The position numbers and the translations under genes are program-made. Positions 10,206 through 19,871 of a stretch of DNA of 64,000 bases are shown piece after piece. A model generated the notes under the pieces. It saw only the letters and a program-made list of their open reading frames with translations. It made no database searches and was not told the DNA's origin. The stretch lies in the NCBI GenBank assembly GCA_041665365.1, contig JBAYIY010000002.1:66178-130177 (forward strand), read 5' to 3'. The stretch's first letter is position 1. Each line of letters begins with the position of its first letter. The DNA comes from Patescibacteria group bacterium (GTDB taxonomy: Bacteria > Patescibacteriota > Patescibacteriia > UBA9570).

Positions 10206-11580
10206 TGAGATGTAACTCTTTTAATTGTTCTTCCGATATGGGGGCAGGAGCCGACATCACAGCTGTTTGACCATGAGTAGTCATAGGAAAGGCCTGTACT
10301 TCTCTAAGATAATCTTCCCCGGTTAGATTCATCAACATGCGCTCTACTCCTAAACCGATGCCACCATGGGGTGGAAAACCATATTTAAAAGCCTCTAACA
10401 TGTGGCCAATACTCGCTTCAATTTCGGCATCAGTGTAGCCCATTACTTTATAAGTGGCGCGTAAAATTTCCGGTTGATGGGCGCGAATACTACCACCACC
10501 GGCTTCATAGCCATTACAAACTAAATCATATTGCTGAGTAATAATCTGCTCAATGTTTTTACCCTGTAATAGCCACTCTAAATGTTCTGGTTTCGGCATG
10601 GAGAAAGGATTATGCGTGAACGTCCATTTACCATCGTCGGTCTTTTCAAAGAATGGGAATTCGATCACCCAAGCAAAGGCTAATACACCATTGGCTTTAT
10701 CTTCCGCATCGCGCAAATCAAACTTGTCGGCCCCATACTTGGCCATCGATTCTTGATAAGTCACCCGTGGAAATGGTTTTTGTTTGATCGTAAAACCAAG
10801 CGCCTCAACGGCTGAAGTTACCATACCTTCCACTAAATCCAACACATCATTATATTCCACAAAGGCCATTTCAAGATCTAATTGAGTATGTTCATAACCA
10901 CGATCGGCGCGCAAATCTTCATCACGAATACAGCGCGCTAATTGAAAGTATCTTTCAAACCCACTTCCGACTAACAATTGTTTATATTGTTGCGGTGATT
11001 GCGGCAAAGCATAAAACGAACCGGGGTGTTGGCGGGATGGTACCAAAAAATCCCGTGAGCCTTCCGGGGTGGATTTCGTTAATAAAGGCGTTTCAATTTC
11101 TATAAAACCACTGGCATACAGATACTCACGTGCTTTTTGTACATACTGGCTGCGCAAAGTTATATTGCGATGCATGCGCTCACTGCGTAAATCAAGATAA
11201 CGATGCTTTAAGCGTAAATCCTCCCCCACTTCACTGGTATTTTTATTCACTTCAAACGGTGGCAGTGTGGCGGCACTAATGATGTCTAATTCTAACGCTT
11301 CGATTTCAAAACTGCCACACGGTTGGTCAGCCTTCACTTGTTTAGCTGGCCGTGCGTTAACTTTACCAACAATGGTAACAACATCTTCATGATTCAAATT
11401 ACCCGCTACAGTTAGGGCTTCGACATGATTGGTTAAAAACACTACCTGACAAATACCGGTTTGATCGCGTAAATCAATAAACACCATCTTACCCATGTTG
11501 CGCCGCCGGTGCACCCACCCCTGCAGGCGTACTTCCTCCCCAATTTTTTTGGCCGCCTCAATAATCCAGGTTCGTTGCAT
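10189..11580 (-). CDS. aspS: Aspartate--tRNA ligase, short form lacking the GAD insertion domain
   Basis: RYLDLR, TPEGSRDFLVPSR, YALPQSPQQYKQLL, RDEDLRADR, PPHGGIGLGVER. Confidence 0.93.
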   Translation of the reverse strand: MQRTWIIEAAKKIGEEVRLQGWVHRRRNMGKMVFIDLRDQTGICQVVFLTNHVEALTVAGNLNHEDVVTIVGKVNARPAKQVKADQPCGSFEIEALELDIISAATLPPFEVNKNTSEVGEDLRLKHRYLDLRSERMHRNITLRSQYVQKAREYLYASGFIEIETPLLTKSTPEGSRDFLVPSRQHPGSFYALPQSPQQYKQLLVGSGFERYFQLARCIRDEDLRADRGYEHTQLDLEMAFVEYNDVLDLVEGMVTSAVEALGFTIKQKPFPRVTYQESMAKYGADKFDLRDAEDKANGVLAFAWVIEFPFFEKTDDGKWTFTHNPFSMPKPEHLEWLLQGKNIEQIITQQYDLVCNGYEAGGGSIRAHQPEILRATYKVMGYTDAEIEASIGHMLEAFKYGFPPHGGIGLGVERMLMNLTGEDYLREVQAFPMTTHGQTAVMSAPAPISEEQLKELHLNVIRD

Positions 11581-11584
11581 GATC

Positions 11585-12880
11585 TTATGGATAAATCCGA
11601 TTAATCATTCTTGGGAATGGAATGGTTTCGCGAATGTGTTTGGTGCCAGAGAGCCAGCCGGTGATGCGCTCTAAACCGTAACCAAAACCGGAATGTGGGA
11701 CAGAGCCATAGCGACGTAAATCTAGATACCACTCATACTCTGCACGGGGTAATTTATATTCATCTAATTTTTTGGAGAGTAAATCATAATCATGAATGCG
11801 TTGTGAACCACCGATAATTTCACCATAACCTTCTGGAGCTAATAAATCCGAACACAACACATGGGCTGCATCAGTTGGATCGGGTTGCATATAGAAGGCT
11901 TTTACTTTGGCTGGGTACTTCATCACAAACACTGGTGCATCGTGTTGACTGGTAATCATGGTTTCATCATCGGCCCCCATATCATCGTCTTCTTTGATAT
12001 CACTACCCAGTTTGCGTAATTCTTTGACAGCATCACTGTGGGTGATTCTAACAAACGGTTTCTCTAATACAGTTTGTAGAGGTTTAATATCTCGTTCTAA
12101 CACGGTTAGTTCATACTGATTATGTTCTAACACATATTTCACAATGGCTTTAATCAACTTTTCTTGAATATCCATGTTGCCGATATAATCTACAAAAGCC
12201 ATTTCGGCATCCATCATCCAGAACTCAGTCAGATGGCGTCTGGTTTTGGATTTCTCAGCGCGAAACACTGGGCCAAAATCGAACACGCGACCATGGGAAA
12301 AAATTGCCGCTTCAATGTAAAGTTGACCAGATTGCGTTAAATAAGCTTTACCCAGATCAAAATAGTCCATTTGAAACAATTCAGTCACACTCTCACACGA
12401 ATTTGGTGTTAAAATTGGTGAGTCTATTTTTATAAAGTTTTCATTATTGAGATGCTGGTAAGTAGCATTGATAACTGAATTACGAATGCGCTGAATCGCC
12501 CACTGCTTCGGTGACCGCAACCATAAGTGCCGGTGTTCTAACAAAAAATCCGGACCGTGTTCTTTATTGCCAATGGGGTACTCTGCAATTGGGTTTTGAA
12601 TGACCGCAACTGTACTAACCTGTAATTCATACTCCTCTTTTTTCGGATGTTTAGAAACCTTACCAATGAGTGTAACTGAAGATTCAACATTTAAACTATT
12701 CGCCGCTGCCCATACTTCAGCCGACACAGTGGCTTGATTAACAATGGCTTGCGTAAACCCACTGCCATCGCGCATCTGTAAAAACATGATTTTTCCAGAC
12801 GACCGTAAATTATATACCCAACCTTGCATTGTCACCTCGGCATCAACCTGGGTGGCAAAATCTTTAATAAGTGTAGTCAT
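11585..12880 (-). CDS. asnS: Asparagine--tRNA ligase
   Basis: HRHLWLRS, YLTQSGQLYIE, FRAEKSKTRRHLTEFWM, WYLDLRRYGSVPHSGFG. Confidence 0.96.
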   Translation of the reverse strand: MTTLIKDFATQVDAEVTMQGWVYNLRSSGKIMFLQMRDGSGFTQAIVNQATVSAEVWAAANSLNVESSVTLIGKVSKHPKKEEYELQVSTVAVIQNPIAEYPIGNKEHGPDFLLEHRHLWLRSPKQWAIQRIRNSVINATYQHLNNENFIKIDSPILTPNSCESVTELFQMDYFDLGKAYLTQSGQLYIEAAIFSHGRVFDFGPVFRAEKSKTRRHLTEFWMMDAEMAFVDYIGNMDIQEKLIKAIVKYVLEHNQYELTVLERDIKPLQTVLEKPFVRITHSDAVKELRKLGSDIKEDDDMGADDETMITSQHDAPVFVMKYPAKVKAFYMQPDPTDAAHVLCSDLLAPEGYGEIIGGSQRIHDYDLLSKKLDEYKLPRAEYEWYLDLRRYGSVPHSGFGYGLERITGWLSGTKHIRETIPFPRMINRIYP

Positions 12881-12901
12881 AGTGGCCAGTAGTATAGCAA
12901 A

Positions 12902-15526
12902 CTATACCGTTTTGGCTACTCGCAGAAAACAGTACTTACTGACCTCAATAATAACCAATTCCACCACAATTAGAGCCATAACAATCCCCCAAGCCTGATA
13001 ATCCAGAGCTTTAGTGCCAAAATAGACCTGTAGAACCGGCACATAGATCGGCAAAGCTTGAGCTATCACTCCCACACAAAACGATACAATTAACCATGGA
13101 TTGCGCAGCAGATTGGTTTGATAAATCATGTGTCGCAGTGAGCGCAAACTGAACATAAATAATAAAGAATCTATCCCCATCGATAAGAAAATAACCGTAC
13201 GCGCATAAGCTAGATCATTGGTTAGATGATACATATAAGCAAACAAAGCCACATTAAATAATCCGGTGATCAAACTAACCACTACGATTAATGTTTTAAC
13301 TTCGGTATCAAGAATGGTATTGTGATGCCCACGTGGTTGCTCTAACATGTTTTGCGGTTCTTTTGGTTCCTGTGTCATGGCTAAACTCGGAAAAGAATCA
13401 TTTACAATATTGATCCATAAAATCATCGCGGCCGTCACTGGCACGGGCAGACCAATTAACAAAGTAACTACCAACAACAACACCTCCGTAAAACTGTCTG
13501 ATAATAAATACAAGACGGTTATTTTAATGTTATCAAAAATACCTCTACCCTCTTCGACAGCCGCTACGATGCTACTAAAGTCATCATCTAAAATAACCAT
13601 ATCAGCGGTTTCTTTAGCCACATCAGAACCAGACCCAAGGGCGACTCCAATATCGGCGGCTTTAATGGCTGGAGCATCATTAATGCCATCTCCCGTCATG
13701 GCTACCACCATGTCATGGCTCTGCCAGGCTTGCACGATGCGCAATTTGTGTTGTGGTGTGACCCGGGCATACACATTAACATTGGTGACACGTTGTTTTA
13801 ATTCATACTGTGATAAGGCATCTAACTCCTTACCTTCCATTATATTTTCCGGCTGGCTAACAGCGATGCCTAATTCTTCCGCGACGGCTTTGGCGGTTAA
13901 TTTATGATCACCGGTAATCATCACTAGTTTTATTCCGGCTTGTTTACATTCGGCCACAGTTTGTTTCGCCGTTGGGCGCAGCGGATCTTTAATACCAATA
14001 TAACCCACAAACACCAATTCACTCATCATGTCTGGTGTGATGCTTTTAGCATGACTAGCACAGGGTTTGTAAGCTAAGGCGATAATTCTAAGACCACGCA
14101 CCGATAAGCTTCGAAATTTTGCATCAAATTGCTTCTTTTTTTCTTCAGAGAAATGCATAATCTTTCCGCCATCTAATACTTGTGTACAATTTGCCTCAAT
14201 CACTTCTGGAGCTCCTTTCACATATAACATTCTCCCCTGCGCTTCTCTGTGTAGTGAGGCCATGTATTTAATACTGGAATCAAATGGTATTGTATCAACT
14301 CTTGGCGCCATTTTTTGCAGTTGTTGATAATGTAAACCCGCTTGTGTACCGGCCAATAATAAAGCCCGCTCGGTTAAGTTGCCAGATATCACCCACTCCT
14401 CCACCATATCATCCGGGTTATTTACCATCGCGTCATTACAGAGTACACCCAGGCGCAAAGCAAACATGGTGTCTTTATCAGAATCTGAGGTGAGAATATC
14501 GGTTACTTGCATTTTACCTTCGGTGAGTGTGCCAGTTTTATCCGTACAAATAACATTAGTGGAGCCTAACGTTTCTGCCGCTACTAGTTTTCTAACTAAG
14601 GCTTTACGTTTTAAAATGCGTTGCATCCCGGCCGCTAGAATAATTGTTACCGCAATCGCCAAACCTTCCGGAATCGCCGAGACCGCCACCGCTACAGCCA
14701 CCGTAAACATCTCCACTACACTGTGTAAAACAAAATAACCAAACAAAAATATACCCACAGCGATTAATACCACCATAATGCTCATTTTTTTGGCAAAACC
14801 AGCTAGTTGTAATTGTAATGGTGTCGCATTTTCGTCAGTCTCTTTAATCAATCTGGCTACACCACCCATTTCTGTGTCTAAGCCAGTGTGTACTACCACA
14901 CCACGCGCCGACCCTTTAGTTACAACCGTGCCAGAAAACGCCATGTTCAGACGATCCCCTACAGTAGCATCAGCTTCTAAAATGGCAGTGTGATCTTTTT
15001 TTATTGGTTCGGCTTCACCGGTTAAGGCCGCTTCATTTATTTCAATATCGTCGTGTTCTAATAACCGTACATCGGCTGGCACTTTGTCTCCGGCTGTTAG
15101 TAACACAATATCGCCTGGTACTAATTCCTGTGCGGCCATAACTTGTTCATGACCATCGCGCCACACACGCGCGGATAAAGCAATGACCTGTTGTAAAGCT
15201 TGCAGGCTTGTCTGGGCTTTATATTCCTGAATAAAACCCACGATCACCTGAATGGCTACCGCCGCCGCAATTACCACCGCATCAACTTGTTCGTTTAATA
15301 ACAAGCTAATCAAAGATGCTCCCAACAAAACAAATACCAACGGGCTCTTAAACTGCTCACCTAACACCTCCCACCAATGTTTTAATTTAGCCATTGGTAG
15401 AGTATTAGCTCCAGCCTGGCTGAGACGCAGATTAGCTTGCTTGGTGGTTAAACCAGCCTGGCTCGCCTCAACTGCGGCCAGGGCTTGTTTGACGGTTAAA
15501 GTATAAAATAATTTAGAACCAGCCAT
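12902..15526 (-). CDS. Cation-transporting P-type ATPase (P2A-like)
   Basis: LTGEA, IPEGL, DKTGTLT, KGAPE, MITGDH, GDGINDAPA; start placed at MAGSKLF (ATG 15526). Confidence 0.95.
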   Translation of the reverse strand: MAGSKLFYTLTVKQALAAVEASQAGLTTKQANLRLSQAGANTLPMAKLKHWWEVLGEQFKSPLVFVLLGASLISLLLNEQVDAVVIAAAVAIQVIVGFIQEYKAQTSLQALQQVIALSARVWRDGHEQVMAAQELVPGDIVLLTAGDKVPADVRLLEHDDIEINEAALTGEAEPIKKDHTAILEADATVGDRLNMAFSGTVVTKGSARGVVVHTGLDTEMGGVARLIKETDENATPLQLQLAGFAKKMSIMVVLIAVGIFLFGYFVLHSVVEMFTVAVAVAVSAIPEGLAIAVTIILAAGMQRILKRKALVRKLVAAETLGSTNVICTDKTGTLTEGKMQVTDILTSDSDKDTMFALRLGVLCNDAMVNNPDDMVEEWVISGNLTERALLLAGTQAGLHYQQLQKMAPRVDTIPFDSSIKYMASLHREAQGRMLYVKGAPEVIEANCTQVLDGGKIMHFSEEKKKQFDAKFRSLSVRGLRIIALAYKPCASHAKSITPDMMSELVFVGYIGIKDPLRPTAKQTVAECKQAGIKLVMITGDHKLTAKAVAEELGIAVSQPENIMEGKELDALSQYELKQRVTNVNVYARVTPQHKLRIVQAWQSHDMVVAMTGDGINDAPAIKAADIGVALGSGSDVAKETADMVILDDDFSSIVAAVEEGRGIFDNIKITVLYLLSDSFTEVLLLVVTLLIGLPVPVTAAMILWINIVNDSFPSLAMTQEPKEPQNMLEQPRGHHNTILDTEVKTLIVVVSLITGLFNVALFAYMYHLTNDLAYARTVIFLSMGIDSLLFMFSLRSLRHMIYQTNLLRNPWLIVSFCVGVIAQALPIYVPVLQVYFGTKALDYQAWGIVMALIVVELVIIEVSKYCFLRVAKTV

Positions 15527-15716
15527 GAATGACTCCCACCACAAATAATATAATGCCGCCAAAGGCTAAGACAAAACAACCCACTATACAGGCTAACCAA
15601 ATATAATAAGCCTGTCCGACTTTAGCTAAATACAAACTTGGCGTTTCCACTAATGGATTATGCGCAAACGGCCGCTTTAACCACTTAATAATAGTTGTTT
15701 TCAAGAAACTAAGCAT
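15513..15716 (-). CDS. Small membrane protein
   Basis: 67 aa with C-terminal TM helix; TGCTATACT 6 nt upstream; overlaps the ATPase start. Confidence 0.55.
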   Translation of the reverse strand: MLSFLKTTIIKWLKRPFAHNPLVETPSLYLAKVGQAYYIWLACIVGCFVLAFGGIILFVVGVIHGWF

Positions 15717-15768
15717 GAAGACAGTATAGCATTTTTTTTATAAGGCTACACTTTTGACTTCGGGTGAT

Positions 15769-16908
15769 TTATTTTTTGCCCTGAAAGCGCTCTGTGTTGC
15801 TTTGTCTAATTTTATCAATACGCTGCTTAATAAATGGATATTGCTCATAACGAACCATAACAATATTAAGACTAGCATCCAATATCTCTGGGCTCAGAGG
15901 AGGGTTAATAGAATCCACCGCTACCTCCAATGCCGTTAAATGTTTTTCCAAACTTGGCTCAAGCGGATTGAATTCATTGATTTTATCACTAATGTTCATC
16001 ATATCTGTCATTATTTTGGCCGACAAATATCGCACGTTACTATTTTTTTGTTCATTGGCCAAGTCTAATCGACCAGTTTCCTCAAAATATTTCACTGCGA
16101 TCGAACCGTTGTCTTCCGTGTGAACAGTGCCAAAACTAGTTTCAAAAGAATCACCAATTGAAGCTTCACCTTTATAATATTTTCCTAAAGCAACACCTAA
16201 TACTTCTGTTTGCTTGGAGAAAAAAACACGTTCCTTATTATCACTAACTACTTCATACATCCAACCACTTAAATGATATAAATTTATAATCGTTAATAAA
16301 CGTGACTGTGACAAATCGTCACCATGAACTGATTTTGGCCGACCACTGTATATATAATCCAATATTTGCTCTGGGGTTTTTTCAGCGAACCTTTGCTTAT
16401 GCAGAAAGTCATTCAACGCTACCATCATGTCACTGTCACCTGTCATACTTGTCAACCAGGACTTATCGACTATGTCTTTACATAAAGCATCAAAATCCTG
16501 TTCAATAAAATTTACTCCACCATCAAACGTTCCTATCAAATGGGTTATATATCGTTCCGCTTTTTCTCTAGGCCATTCTTTTGTCTTCTGTACATCCAAA
16601 ATTTGTATTATTTTCAACCATAAGGAAAATTCCTTATATTTATCTTCATTGTTAAAAGCCACCGCACTATAATATAGAAGATCACCTTGCCCATCTTTCA
16701 TAAAAACTTTTTGCAAACGTTCAGAATCTTCTTTATCAAAAATTTGCTCTAAGTAGTGGTTAATAACTTCTTGTCTTTGTGCTTCTATTCTCTGCACTTC
16801 TTCTCTTGTGACTGGAACTGCATGTATTGGTACCGGATCTACTGCTAACGCATCTGGTTCACCAGCTAAAGCTATACCTATAAGCCCTTTTTTGAATAAT
16901 TCACGCAT
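15769..16908 (-). CDS. Hypothetical protein
   Basis: 379-aa AT-rich ORF, no recognised family. Confidence 0.6.
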   Translation of the reverse strand: MRELFKKGLIGIALAGEPDALAVDPVPIHAVPVTREEVQRIEAQRQEVINHYLEQIFDKEDSERLQKVFMKDGQGDLLYYSAVAFNNEDKYKEFSLWLKIIQILDVQKTKEWPREKAERYITHLIGTFDGGVNFIEQDFDALCKDIVDKSWLTSMTGDSDMMVALNDFLHKQRFAEKTPEQILDYIYSGRPKSVHGDDLSQSRLLTIINLYHLSGWMYEVVSDNKERVFFSKQTEVLGVALGKYYKGEASIGDSFETSFGTVHTEDNGSIAVKYFEETGRLDLANEQKNSNVRYLSAKIMTDMMNISDKINEFNPLEPSLEKHLTALEVAVDSINPPLSPEILDASLNIVMVRYEQYPFIKQRIDKIRQSNTERFQGKK

Positions 16909-16944
16909 ATTGGATACACATTAATCGATAGCTTAATATTAGTC

Positions 16945-17053
16945 TAGTGGGCTTGCCCACCGCAGTCCACCGTCGCCGAAGGCTGTGGCGGACGAAGGTG
17001 GGACGTGCTGGACCATCCTCCGCTACACTGCGGTTGGTAAATTTGAACCAGCG
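16945..17053 (-). repeat. Second copy of tRNA-Lys 3' end plus hairpin (att-like direct repeat), with a 29-nt insertion in the T-loop
   Basis: 16945-17012 matches 17326-17393 at 67/68 nt; 17042-17053 matches 17394-17405; 17013-17041 is extra. Confidence 0.95.
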
Positions 17054-17292
17054 CCATGAACCTTGGTTTGTATAAAACGTTTTCCAGAACCTGTTTTAAG
17101 GTATTTTTCAAACTCAGCCGCTTCTAACCGAGTACGAAATGCAGCATAAAATATTAACTCGAATGGTCGACGATATTTTGTGGCTAATTCATAACCTTGA
17201 TTATGCCGTTGTAAACGTTCTTCAATATTATTGGTCATGCCCGTATATAGCATATGATCTTTTAGACTACGCAATACGTAAGTATAATGCAT
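17023..17292 (-). CDS. Stand-alone GIY-YIG nuclease family protein
   Basis: HYTYVLRSLKDHMLYTGMTNNIEERLQRHNQG...TKYRRPFELIFY...FEKYLKTGSGKRFI. Confidence 0.92.
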   Translation of the reverse strand: MHYTYVLRSLKDHMLYTGMTNNIEERLQRHNQGYELATKYRRPFELIFYAAFRTRLEAAEFEKYLKTGSGKRFIQTKVHGAGSNLPTAV

Positions 17293-17325
17293 AACAATTT
17301 TTATTCTTAAAAATTCATTGCACTG

Positions 17326-17393
17326 TAGTGGGCTTGCCCACCGCAGTCCACCGTCGCCGAAGGCTGTGGTGGACGAAGGTGGGACGTGCTGGA
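17326..17393 (-). repeat. First copy of the 68-bp direct repeat (tRNA-Lys 3' end plus GC-rich hairpin)
   Basis: Minus strand TCCAGCACGTCCCACCTTCGTCCACCACAGCCTTCGGCGACGGTGGACTGCGGTGGGCAAGCCCACTA. Confidence 0.95.
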
Positions 17394-17451
17394 TTTGAAC
17401 CAGCGACCATTTGCTTAAAAGGCAATTGCTCTACCCCTGAGCTAACGTCCC
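17380..17451 (-). tRNA. tRNA-Lys (TTT)
   Basis: GGGACGTTAGCTCAGGGGTAGAGCAATTGCCTTTTAAGCAAATGGTCGCTGGTTCAAATCCAGCACGTCCCA; TTGACA-17-TAGAAT promoter just upstream, overlapping the dedA 3' end. Confidence 0.95.
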
Positions 17452-17469
17452 GAAAACGTGGCTATTCTA

Positions 17470-18138
17470 TCAACTGGCCTGATCACTGTCAACGCGTTGT
17501 GCCGATGCTTTACTTTGACGATGCATCAGAAAAAATTTTACTCCAGCTGGCAACAGAGAAATAATAATAATGCCAATAACCATTATACTAAAATTTTTCT
17601 GCACAATGGGTATATTTCCAAAAAAGAATCCCCCACCCACCGCGGCTAGAATCCATAAGCCAGAACCAGCTAGCGAATATGCTAAAAATCTATCATAGGA
17701 AAATTTTCCAATCCCAGCTACAAACGGAGCAAAGGTGCGGACAATGGGAATAAATCTGGCAATAATCACCGTTTTTCCACCGTGTCTGCGGTAGAATTCT
17801 TGGGTTTCATGTAAGTGTTTTTCGTTAATCCAACGAATTTTTTTTCCGGAAAACAGACTAGGGCTCAATCTTCGTCCAATCCAATAATTAACATTATCTC
17901 CTAAAAACACCGCCACAAACAATAAGCCAGCTACTAGCCAAATATTTAAATCCCCCCGGGCGGACAGCGCTCCTAAGGTGAATAATAAAGAATCTCCCGG
18001 TAAGAAAGGAGTGACAACTAACCCAGTTTCACAGAACACAACCACAAACACCAAGGCGTAGGTCCAAGCCCCATAATGAGCAATAATAACACTTAATTGT
18101 TCATCAATATGTAAGAAAAATTCAACTATTGTTAACAT
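17470..18138 (-). CDS. dedA: DedA family membrane protein
   Basis: FCETGLVVTPFLPGDSLLF, GDNVNYWIGR, ARFIPIVRTFAPFVAG. Confidence 0.95.
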   Translation of the reverse strand: MLTIVEFFLHIDEQLSVIIAHYGAWTYALVFVVVFCETGLVVTPFLPGDSLLFTLGALSARGDLNIWLVAGLLFVAVFLGDNVNYWIGRRLSPSLFSGKKIRWINEKHLHETQEFYRRHGGKTVIIARFIPIVRTFAPFVAGIGKFSYDRFLAYSLAGSGLWILAAVGGGFFFGNIPIVQKNFSIMVIGIIIISLLPAGVKFFLMHRQSKASAQRVDSDQAS

Positions 18139-18201
18139 AGCCTGTCAATTGTACAGCAGAATTGACTTCCGTCAAAACGTGCGTATACTATATCTCCACC
18201 T

Positions 18202-19545
18202 ATGGAGCAACTCCCCCCACATAATCTAGAAGCCGAACAAGCCTGTTTAGGCTCATTAATGATCGATAAAGATGCCATTATTAAGGTGGCTGATATTGTG
18301 GCACCAGACGATTTTTATAGTGATAAACACCGGCTTATCTATCAGGCCATGCAAGATATTTATTCCCAGCATGATCCGATGGATATTGTTAGTATTACCA
18401 ATCGCCTCACTGAAATGGGGAGTATTGAAGTGGTTGGTGGTAGAAGCTATTTAGTGTCTCTCACGGCGATGGTGCCATCGGCCGCTAATATTGTCAGTTA
18501 TGCTAACATCGTTCAGCGCAAAGCCACCTTGCGGCGATTGATTAAAGCCGCCCATCAGATTTTACAAACCGCTTATGATGATTCCACCGATGATGTGAGT
18601 AGCCAATTAGATAATTCTGAACAGGCGTTGTTTGCGGTATCACAAAAACATCTGCGGCAAAACTTCACCCCCATCAGTAGTATCTTAGCCGATGCTTTTG
18701 ATCGGATAGATGAAATCCATAAAGATTCAGGCAAGCTCCGGGGTATTCCCAGTGGCTATATCGATTTAGATAACAAGCTGGGTGGTTTACAAAAATCCGA
18801 TTTGATTATTTTAGCCGCTCGCCCATCGATGGGTAAAACCTCATTGGCGTTAGACATCGCTCGCCATGTGGCTGTTAATGAAAGAATCCCAGTGGGTATT
18901 TTTAGTTTGGAAATGAGTCGCGATCAATTAGTGGATCGGCTACTTTGTGCTCAAGCCGGTGTAGATTTATGGAAAATGCGCACCGGTAAACTATCCGATG
19001 CCCCCGGCCATGATGATTTTCCCAGAATCGGACAAGCGATGGGTGTCTTATCTGAAGCACCAATTTATATTGATGATAGTCCAATGAGTAATATTATGGA
19101 GATTCGCACCAAAGCCAGACGTCTACAAATGGAACATGGTTTAGGCTTGATTGTATTGGATTATTTGCAGTTAATGGAAGGGCGCTCATCCAATAGCGAT
19201 AATCGTGTGCAAGAAATTGCTGAAATCTCCCGCTCACTGAAAGGTTTAGCACGTGAGTTAGGGGTGCCGGTTTTGGCTTTATCTCAGTTATCTCGGGCGG
19301 TAGAAAACCAAACTGTTCCAATTCCAAAACTGGCTCATTTACGTGAATCTGGCTCTATCGAACAAGATGCCGATGTGGTAATATTTATTTACCGGGAAGA
19401 ATATTATAAGCAAGATACTGACCGTAAACACATTGCCGATGTGATTATAGCCAAACATCGTAATGGTCCCACCGGCAAAGTCGAATTATTCTTCGACATT
19501 GAAAAAGCCAGCTTTAAAAATTTAGAAAAAACATTTAACGACTAA
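18202..19545 (+). CDS. dnaB: Replicative DNA helicase
   Basis: PPHNLEAEQ, AARPSMGKT, DYLQLM, LRESGSIEQDAD, KHRNGPTG. Confidence 0.98.
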   Translation: MEQLPPHNLEAEQACLGSLMIDKDAIIKVADIVAPDDFYSDKHRLIYQAMQDIYSQHDPMDIVSITNRLTEMGSIEVVGGRSYLVSLTAMVPSAANIVSYANIVQRKATLRRLIKAAHQILQTAYDDSTDDVSSQLDNSEQALFAVSQKHLRQNFTPISSILADAFDRIDEIHKDSGKLRGIPSGYIDLDNKLGGLQKSDLIILAARPSMGKTSLALDIARHVAVNERIPVGIFSLEMSRDQLVDRLLCAQAGVDLWKMRTGKLSDAPGHDDFPRIGQAMGVLSEAPIYIDDSPMSNIMEIRTKARRLQMEHGLGLIVLDYLQLMEGRSSNSDNRVQEIAEISRSLKGLARELGVPVLALSQLSRAVENQTVPIPKLAHLRESGSIEQDADVVIFIYREEYYKQDTDRKHIADVIIAKHRNGPTGKVELFFDIEKASFKNLEKTFND

Positions 19546-19559
19546 TATTTGCCACCACT

Positions 19560-19871
19560 ATGTCCATGCTCTCAAAGTTAAAACAATTTAAAGATCTGCG
19601 CAGCCAGGCTAAAACTATGCAACAAGCTTTAGCTCAAGAAACGGCTCATGGGAGTGGCGCTGGTGGTAAAGTAAATGTTGTCATGGATGGTACCCAAAAA
19701 ATCTTATCACTCGATATTGATTCAAGCTTACTCACCGTCACGGAGAAAAAGAAACTGGAACAAGGTGTGATTGATGCCATTAGTGGTGCCAGTAAAGATC
19801 TCCAAAAGTCTATGGCCAAAAAAATCCAGAGTGGTGAAATGACGATGCCGGATTTATCCAGCCTGAAGTAA
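19560..19871 (+). CDS. ybaB: YbaB/EbfC nucleoid-associated protein
   Basis: AGGKVNVVMDG motif; directly upstream of recR. Confidence 0.88.
   Translation: MSMLSKLKQFKDLRSQAKTMQQALAQETAHGSGAGGKVNVVMDGTQKILSLDIDSSLLTVTEKKKLEQGVIDAISGASKDLQKSMAKKIQSGEMTMPDLSSLK

Noticed and set aside
16998-17060. Second intact or intron-containing tRNA-Lys
   Set aside because: Only the T-arm and 3' acceptor strand are copied; there is no D-arm or anticodon arm
16945-17393. CRISPR array suggested by the direct repeats
   Set aside because: Only two 68-nt copies, 381 nt apart, with a gene between them and tRNA-derived sequence; no cas genes
18202-19545. Intein in dnaB
   Set aside because: Normal 447-aa length with contiguous motifs
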